From the NCBI RefSeq assembly GCF_001194135.2, contig NC_068984.1, positions 87,397,656 to 87,461,655 on the forward strand: 64,000 nt of DNA. The letters are read 5' to 3'. This DNA is from Octopus bimaculoides (Eukaryota). The notes under the pieces were generated by a model. That model was given only the letters and a program-made list of their open reading frames with translations, did not search any database and was not told the origin of the DNA. Shown in pieces: positions 52,401 to 62,300 of this stretch. Each line of letters starts with the position of its first letter. Within the stretch, counting starts at the first letter, position 1. Both the position numbers and the translations under genes were made by a program.

Positions 52401-55400
52401 CTTTCTTCTATTCCCTGGCCTCTTCAATGCAGCATCAACGAGTGTCAGCGTCCGACTGACTGTCTTGTCAAATTCCCCTTTTTATACCTGCTGCTAGGCT
52501 CCAGCAGGCTACCCCAGCAAGTTGTCACGTGACACTGTCTAAATTTCCCGCTGCTAGGGTCCAGTAGGCAACCCCAGCAAGTTGTCACATGACACTGTCT
52601 AAACTTCCCGTTGCTAGCAACGGGAAAATAAGTTTTAAAAAAATCATTTGTAAGTAATATACAATACTGCAGAGCAGACTTCTGAGCTATGTTTTCTTTT
52701 CTATTTTTTTTTTTTGTTATAGGTTACCTTTAACTCAATGCCAACAAAAATACAATGCTATGGATCCTAGTGTCAGAAATAATGTGAAGGAATTGATTTT
52801 AAAATATGTAGAAAAATATGGGTAGGTAAAAGTTTTCATGTATGTAATATTATTTTAAAAACAGTCTTCTGTCTAGTTTTCAATATGAGTTTAAAAATCA
52901 AATTGTAAATAAACTTTACAAGAAAAAAAATTTATTACTTAGTGGCTTTAAATTAAAAAGTCAGGCACCTTAACCATTCTTTTCTCTCATGTTCTTTTAC
53001 TTTTCTATTCTTTTATTTGTTTTAGCCATTAGATGGTAGCCATGCTGGGGCACCACCTTGAAGAATTGTTTTTTTAGTTAAACAAATCAACCCCAGTACT
53101 TATTTGATTTTTAAGCTTGGTACTTAATTCTATCGTCCTCTTTTGCTGAACCACTAAGTTACAGGGACATAACAAACCAACACTGGTTGTCAAGCGGTGG
53201 TGGGGGACAAACACAGATACAAAGACATACACACACACACACACATACGATGGGCTTCTTTCAGTTTCTGTCTATCAAATCTGCTCATATGGCTTTTGTC
53301 AGCCTGAAGCTATAGTAGAAGACACTTGCCCATAGTGCCACACAGTGGGACTGTACCCAGAACCATGTAGTTGGGAAGCAAGCTTCTTACCACACAGCCA
53401 TGCCTTCTAGAAAATTTTTTACTATTTTGTTCTTTTTTAAAATTTAACATTTCTGCTTCTTGAAATTTTCCATCAATAACTGATTTTATGTTTTAATACT
53501 CCAACTCTCATTTCAGTCTTTTTACTTTAAGTTGACTGGGAAGTTATTTATTTGCTGTGTAATATTTATGATAATTCTATTGATTTTAATTACGTGTTAA
53601 CTAAATGTGCTTATGTTTTAATGAATATACATTTAAAAGGGGACCTGGTGGAGTTTGAATCTTTGTTTCTTCATGGATTCTGCATTGTAATAATTGGTTT
53701 CTGTTTATTAGATTGGCACCAGAAGATATCATTATTCCATCATTCAATTCCCATTATGGCTATCATAAAAAAATTAATGCAGCTGACGTTGTTTTCGCTT
53801 GCTCAACAGTCCTCGAAAATACAGTAAGTGATATCGCCATTCAATATGTATTTTATGTTGGTTGTCATATTTACATATATTTTTCTGTACTTTTCAGGAT
53901 TAATTTAACATCTAATTTAGGTACAAAATTCTAACACTGCAGTTATAATATAAGATACAGTATGTGTTGTAACAGTATATCTAAAGTGATCTGAATAACA
54001 ACTATCTTACTATAGTAGGTTAGTTACTAATTATTGATTTGCAAATAGTTTGCTTTGGAGCTGTCCATGAGAGTTTGCACATTCCATGTGCCAATGATGA
54101 GCAATGTCACCGATGCATTTTTTTTATAGGTAAAGTGAAAAATTGAAACTAGAATTAAGAGCTGATGATGTTGCTTTTTAAGTTTATGTTAGGTTTTCCA
54201 CTATCTTCAGGGAGATGTTTGTGAATTCATTCTTCATTAGTGAAGTTTTATATGATATCATCATTTTCCTTATCTTTCTTAATATTTGTAATGTAAGTGA
54301 AATTTTTGACATATATAATTTAAGTCATTTAAAAATACACAGAAGCCCAATATTCACTTTCAGTTTATTTCTTAATAGTACAATCTATCATGTGAAAAAG
54401 TTTCCCTGTACTTTATAATAGTTTGTACCATGAAGAAATAGACAAAGTAATTTTTTTGTGTGCTATTAACCCTTTAGCATAAATGGCCATATCAGACCCA
54501 AATATTCTACCTATTTTGTGTTTAAACTGATCAGATCCAGCCTCTCACACCTGCCCTACAATTTCATTTTAAAAATAAACAATTGCATTATTAAAATTTC
54601 TAAGCTATGAGATAATGCATGATTAATTCAAAACAATTTGAATAAATAAGCATTACATTTGACAGAGTAATCTGAATGCTAAAGAGTTAAATACCTAATA
54701 ATTACTCTTATTCAGTTTCAATATACTGTTTCAGATCAAGTCACTTGTCAGACAAGCACAACTCTGAATGTTTTTACTATTTTTTGAAGCTTTCTTTTTA
54801 TATGGACATCCATGACAGAACTTCTGGTATAAACTTTCATATAAAGAAAAAAATAGAAAATGAATGAAAATCAAGATTTATTGGTCTCAAAATTATCATC
54901 TGTAAAAACAAATGAGTTGCTAAAATTTTCAACATTTCAAATTTATAAAAAATTTAACTTTGAGACTTGAAAACAGATTTTAAATTTTTGTTCTCTTGTA
55001 GGTAGAAAATAATGATACAGCTGATAGCTTTTTTTATGCTATGGATATTTTACAAAGGTAAGTCATATTTTATATTTCAAAGATACATTGTCATTGAAGA
55101 GTTGAGTGAAAAACTAAATTGTTCCAATGAGGATAAGAGGATTTTAAGCAACTTTTCCAGTGTAGACAACAGGTAAATAGACTCTCTTTGAAGGTATACC
55201 TCATTGTTGTCATCAGCAGCAGTGTTATTACTGCTATGTCTGCTTTCCGAGCTGGCATGGTTTGGTCATTTTGACAGGATCCAGTGTGTTGGAAGTTCAT
55301 ATCTTGCTCCAATGTCTCAGTTTTGGCATGGTTTCTTGGGCTGGATGCCCTTTCTAATACCAACCAACTTAAAGAGTGTACTGGGTACTTTTATTATGGT

Positions 55401-58400
55401 ACCAGCACTAGTGAAGTTGCCAAGCTTCAGCTGAGGAGGATAAAATATCTTTAAGTGAGATGTTGAAAGATTAAAGTATCATGGGAAGAGCAAAAAGAAA
55501 TTTACTGTTGTGGAGATTTATGGTCACCTTGCAATTGACATGGGTAGATGAGGGATGTTGGAGTGGTGCCCAAAAGAGAGGTAAATATAATGGTGACCAG
55601 GTGCTAGAATGTACTCTTCAAGTAATATGTCCAAGAAGGTGAATCGAAGAGAATATGGGTACAAAAAGTCATGGAGGGTGGGTAATGTTGCAAGAGGGTG
55701 AGAGATGGAATAAATACAGGGGTGGAAGTGGTCAAATGTATATAGAAGATGAATGTTGTGAATGGTGAATTGTGATGGAGATGGTAAATATGAGTGGGAG
55801 ATGAGGGATAGATACTCATTGGGAATAGTAGAGAGATGAATGGTGAATTGCAGTACAGAAATATGCTATGGTATGTTGTAACAGATTCTGCCTTCATTAT
55901 GTATTAAATAATAATTCAGATATTTTATTTAATCAGATAAAAGAACCTTTCCAGCACATGAAAACTGTGTTTTTTTTTAATTATAAATTTAGTGATAAAT
56001 TTTTGCCGTATATTGTTGTGTCAAATGTTAATTTCTTGCACCGAAACAAAGACTTCAGTACCTGTCTGAGGAAAGTTAAAGTAAATGGGATTCTGTGATG
56101 GTCATGACTTTCTAAAAGGACACTAGTAACATAAGTGAGACTGCTATAACTTGCTGTCTAGCTTAGAGTGTAGAAATAGTATTGTAGCTGTTAGGTGTTT
56201 TTAAGGAATGTAATTAACCCTTTAGCATTCAAATTACTTTATCAAATATGTTTATTTATTCACATCATTTTGAATTAATCCTGTATTATCTCGTAACTTA
56301 AAGATTTCAGTGACATGATAATATATTTTTGGAATGACATTGTAGGGTAGGTGTGAGAGGCTAGTTCTAGCCAGTTTGAACACAAAACAGGTAGAATATT
56401 TGGGCCGGATCTGGCTGGTTTAAATGCTGAAGGGTTAGACTCAACAGCATTAGACATTCTTCTATCTATCAAAATGTTTAGCAGATTATAGTGAAAGTAC
56501 TGTTGATTTCCCTTTTGTCCTAGTTCTGCTGGAGTTTGATCAACACCAGTTCAGTGTCCATTTCTGATTGAGTTTATGGCAGATCTAACCTAACAATAAA
56601 TTGAGCTATCATTTTCATTGATAGAGGACCGTTAATTCAACCTTAATTTAATGATTATACAACTCGTAAATACAGAGCAGAATATTGCTTCAAGAGAAAA
56701 GAAGTAACTGGGAACTTTGTACCATGTACCTAATGTAAACTTTAGGTGCATGAAAGACACAATAAGATCACAGGCAGTCTGAGAGAGAATAAGAGATAAC
56801 AGTTGCATAAGAGTTGTTAGCAGTTAGAACACCTATGAAATGGAATCTTTTAACTGCCTTCTCGGCTTGCTAGAAGTAATTGACAGCTTCTGTGACTTTG
56901 GTGACTTAATCAACAGTGGAGATGGGTGTTGTGAAAGCATTTATAGTCAGAGCAAAGATAGATGAAAAAGTTCATAGAATAATTACCTGTTGGTAGCAAA
57001 GGGTTTTTTTTTCTTTGAGAGAAGGCAGATTCTCTGATGCTCAAGTAGAAAGTGTAATATGGCATTGTTGTGGCATATTGGCATTGGTTGCAAAGGAAAT
57101 GTAAGGCTGATATGAAATATGGCAAATATGCTCTGTTGGTTGTATGCATGAACAATGGAGCAAAGGTTAACTAAGAGAAAAAAATATGTATCAGGGGAAT
57201 TGGTTGTAAAGAAAGTTGTACTTGTATGACGGAGTGCTGAAAAGTTTCTGGCCTTAAGGGTGTTATGAAAAGCCTGGTTGGGGGACTAACCGTCCGAGTT
57301 CTTTTACAGGGATTAAAAAAACTGAAGGGCCACTGCAATAAGTGTGTGAATCTGATAGGGGAATATGTTGAATAAAATCATATTTAACTGAACCTCCTGC
57401 ATTTTCTTTTACCGTAAGCCAGAAACTTTTCAGCACCCCCTCGTTTTGACATTTGCTGCATACAAACAATGATAGTTGGATGTAAAAGTGTTAAACAATC
57501 CAACTGGAAGGAGCTTGTGGAAGCAGCCTAAGGAAGACAACAGAAGACGTGATTTCAGACTGCTGGATGTCATAGAAGAGACAGCAAAAGACCACAAGTC
57601 AAGAGAGAGGCACTGGTGGTGCAAACTTATCTAACTCATATCTGTACAGAAAATACAGATCTAAAATGATGATGATGATGATGGTTATCCCACAGTTCAG
57701 TAACACATTTCCAATTTCCAGTTTTGTCCCAGATAATAGCTATTTGTCTTTGTTTGACTGCTGTTAATTCTTTAGGTTATTTTTGATTTCCAACTCACTT
57801 CTTTTGATTACTGGATGCTGTTCCTTATATTCTCTTCTGTATCATATTTATGATACTACTCTCTTGAGCTCATTTTACACTGATCTCCAAATTAGGTGGA
57901 TGAGCTTGTGACCTCTTTGAGACTGCCTGGTCTGAAAGTCAGTGTTGCTAAAACCAAAATCCTGTCAACTAGTTTTACAAATGAACAGAAAAATATGTTC
58001 ATAGTCAATGCTGTTCAATTGCACATGATGGCTTAGTGGATTTACTTTGACCTGACCTACCATTTGTTGGATAACTCTGTTTTGAAGCTTATTGTAATTC
58101 CACTATTCTGACGTATGGAACATAAGTGGTAAGCTAAATGACTAGGCTTCATGCCTCTGTCTACCTAAGAACTATAATGCACACTGTGACATACAGTAGT
58201 TCATTGAATAGCAATTGTATTTCTGTAAATGCTAAGTAAATGGCTTAATTGCATGTGGTAGGATCCCTCAGTTAGAGAATTATATTTGTTACTCAGTTGG
58301 AAAAGAGCTATAATATTCAATAATATATGACTGAACAATAATATAAGTTTTAATGGAAACGAAAGTTGTTCAGAAAGACATAACTAATGTAAACAACAAT

Positions 58401-59347
58401 GTAGAACAAACCATTACTACTGCACCAATGCTATCAAAAACAATAATGAAATTAAAATGATAATAAAGATGAAAAACTTCACAAGTAAAAAGAGAAAGAA
58501 TTGCTATAAAAGAAGCAAAAATATTGATAAAAAATCAGACTTTCATCAAAATATAAAAAACAAAATCATCAATAATGTGAAAATAGATAAGAACAAGGAG
58601 TGAACTCTAATTACTTGGCAGTACTTCTAAAGGAGCCTGCAGACATGGAGAGAGTGGGATCAAGTGCTGTTATGCGTATCTCACTTCCTGCTAGAGGTAC
58701 ACTATATGGAATGATTATTTTCCACAAAGTTCACAAAAATAAAAGACCTGAACTCGAGGAACATGATACCCTGTATAGCTTCAACAATAAAGTAGAAGTT
58801 GAATAACAGCAGCTCATACATTCATGAACATATGTTATGACCATTTCTATCAAAATGCAATATGCAGATGTAGAGCCAACTGTGGCACTTGGGCAACAAA
58901 AGGGTTTCTTTTTAAAATTAACATAAAAGGTAATGCAGCAGTTACTAAAGTTACTTCAAGTTGAAGCTACTTTGAAGTAACTTTATCTCAAGTTAAACAC
59001 AACAACAGTTGATCCCCCTCTCTCCATGTCTGCTGGCTTCATTAGAAGTACTGTCAAGTAATTAGAACTTGATCCTTGTTCTTATCTATTTTCATTTTGT
59101 TATCTTTACAACCATGTGCTTTTGTTGTTTTTATTTAGGTGAAAGTTTGATTTTTTTTTTTTTTTTATCCTGCAGGCATAAGTGAAAGCAGGGTATTGTA
59201 GTCACTTGTCTTTGTCTGAGTGTTTGCAAAATTACTGAACAGATTTTCACCATATTTGGCAGAAATACTCATTGGGTGAATGGCTCATAATTATGAAAAT
59301 TTTGTTTGATTATCTTCAAACATACATAAATACATATATAGATATGC

Positions 59348-59382
<35 letters not shown>

Positions 59383-62300
59383 CAGTGATGGATTTGAGGG
59401 TTTCGTTTACTTACAAGTTGATTTCTTAATTTCACCGAAGTATAAATACCTATAATGGTGATAATTAAAAAAGCTTTGGTTTGGCCTGAGGTTATAGTAG
59501 AAGACATTTGCTCATGGTGCCACTCTGGGACTGAACGTGGAACCATGTGGTTGAGAAGCAAACTTCTTACCACACAGCCACACCTATGCCTATAAATATT
59601 AATTATTTGTACTTTTAAAATTATTGAAGCATACCAACTAAATGTTATTTATCTTTAAATACAACGTTCATTTAAACTTCTGTTTTCATGTGCTATGCTG
59701 TGTTTAGTTTTGTACTTATTTTATTGATCCTGTTTGTTGAACCATTAAGTTTAGGAATACATTAACACCACCATTTTTTTAAACCAGTGCAAACATAAAC
59801 ACTGATATATGCACATATACATATATGAGGGTGTGCTGAAAAGTTTCTAAATTTGGGTAAAAGAACATACAGGAGGATCACTTAATTATGATTTTATTCA
59901 ACATATTCTTCTCTCAGATTCACACACTTATTGCAGTGGTCCTTCAGCTTTTCTAAGCCCTGTAAAAGAACTTGGAAGGTTGGACCTCCAACCAGGTGTT
60001 TCATGATACTCTTAAAGGCATTTGCAAAATGTCTTTCTACTATATTTTACAAACCTGGAAGCACATGGTTGTAAAGATAACTTCTTAATGATATAGCCAT
60101 GATTGTGCCTTGTATGATGATGACCTTAAAATATTTGACAGAAATTATGTCATTGTAACTTGTCGTGATATGTCTTGACATTGATAGCAGTGTAAGTAAA
60201 CTGGCAAAGTTGTTTGAATGTCAGAACAATTTGTGGTATTTGTACCAGCTCACTGTGCTCTAAGTTCAAATTCTGCTGAGGTTTACATTTCCTTTTAACC
60301 TTTCAGGTTTCATAAATAAAGTACTAATCCAGAACGGTGTATTGGCAAAATTTTGTCTGCATTCCAAGTTCAAAGTTAATCTTGACACTGGAAAAAAATG
60401 GGTGACAAGCTTAGTGGGATCTTGAGCAAGTGCCTGAGAATTTCAGCTTGTTAGCATCAATGGTAGTTCACCAGCTGGCAGGAGAGACAGCAAGAAGACT
60501 TTAAAAAGTTCTTCACAGTCTCTCCTATTTCTTTCTCTTCTCTCCTCTTTCACACACACACACACACACATACAAAGTAATGTTTTATTATGCCTTTTTT
60601 CTATATTTTCTTCTTGTTTTTTTTTTTTGTTTTTGTTTCAGAGACTGCCTTTCTTCCTTGGAAAAAGGCATTGAACTTTCAAAGAAACAGATTGTTCGTA
60701 TAGTTTCTCAAGTCCAAACATTACTTGATATGCGTCAAGTAATGTGTGCTGGACCATTTCTCTATGCTTTTATACGAGAAGTAAGTACTTCAAATTATTT
60801 CTTTTAAAACAAATGTTACTTGTTCAGATCAAAGTAGTTACTATTTTTTGATAGTTATACACAAAAAAATTCATCTACAAACATGAAGAGGGTGGAATGA
60901 ATCATCTGTAAATGTTGTAAATAACCACTTGTCCTCAAAGAAGTGTGTCTGTTAAGTATGAGGAGTGTTCTTTAAAGATTTCCCCTGACCCACTTCCCAA
61001 GGACTGGGATAAGCGAAACTTGGCATAATTATTAATCCTTCTCTTCATAGCCACTACTAATGGCGACACACTTCTCCCATCACTTTATGCAGCTGGGAAG
61101 ACCTTGTTTGTAGAAGTCGGTTGGTTATGTCTAGAGCCGAGACTTTACCTTGGAAATAAGTTCATCATCATCCGAAATGTGCTTCCTCTTCAAAAAAGAC
61201 TTCATGGTTGGAAAGAGGTGGAAGTCAGATGGTGCAAGGTTGGGAGAGTAAGGGGGATAAGGAAGGATTTCATAGCCACAGGAGTGTGCTTTCATCTGGG
61301 CAACATGCACATTGTGAAGTGGGGTTTTGTCTTGGAGGAGGTGGACTTCTTTGGTCAGCATGCCATGCATCTCTGCTTTGATGGCGTTCCACAATTTCTG
61401 CAGCAAAGATGCATAAAATACCCTGTTAATTGTGGTGCCCTTTGCCAGAAAATCCATCATCACTACTCCACACTGGTCTCAAAAAACTGTGCACATCACC
61501 TTTCCTGCTGAGGATTGGACACGATTTTTTTTGGAGTTGGTTAGCTACCATGTTTCCATTGCTTTGACTGGACTTTAGTCTCAGGATCATAATGATGGAT
61601 CCATGTTTTATCCTGTGTAATAAGTCTGCCAAAAAAATCTGCCTTGTTTTCTTGGCACATTGCCAAAAGAGCCTGGGAGCAATTGACTTGTTCCTGCTTC
61701 CAAAAAGGAAAAGGTGTGAGCATCCGGGGAATCCATCATGCAGACAACTTCCGCTTGTGCAAATAGCCATGAATGATTTTTTTCCACAGACCCTACATTT
61801 ATCTTCACTTCTTGGGCTAGTTGCTGAATAGTTATGCAGTGATCTTGCAAAATAGCAGCTTCCACTTTATGGATGGTGTCGTCATCATTGGTGAAATGTG
61901 GTCTTTCAGAAATAGGAGCTGTTTCCACCGATGTCTAACCACATTTGAACTGGCGATGCTGGTGCTTGACTATATCATATGATGGTGCATCGTCACCATA
62001 AACTTCTTTCATCTCCTCAAAAGTCTCTTTTGGTGTACAACCTTCCAAGTATAAGAACCTGATTGCTAATTTGCCTTCAACTGCCTCAATTATAACACCT
62101 TAGTCCACTTCAGCAGCCGTAAAAGATAAACGAATACTAGTGGAAAGCTGCAATTTACAATGTGACATGTAAAGATGTGTATGATTACACCTGTACAAGT
62201 TCTGTTTCCTGCAATAACCAGAAGTTGGTCAAGGGAAATCTTTAAAGAACACCCCTAATACTTATAAAGATTCTAAAGGAGATATTTTGTTGGTAGACAC

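Noticed and set aside
52204-52640. Classification as a standard solo LTR or canonical hammerhead pair
   Set aside because: No clear TG...CA termini with a 4-6 bp TSD, and helix II closing pairs are not canonical; kept as unclassified.
58600-58806. 68 aa ORF as a nested gene or extra CDC45 exon
   Set aside because: Exons 13 and 14 already join in frame, there is no homology, and it overlaps a foldback arm.
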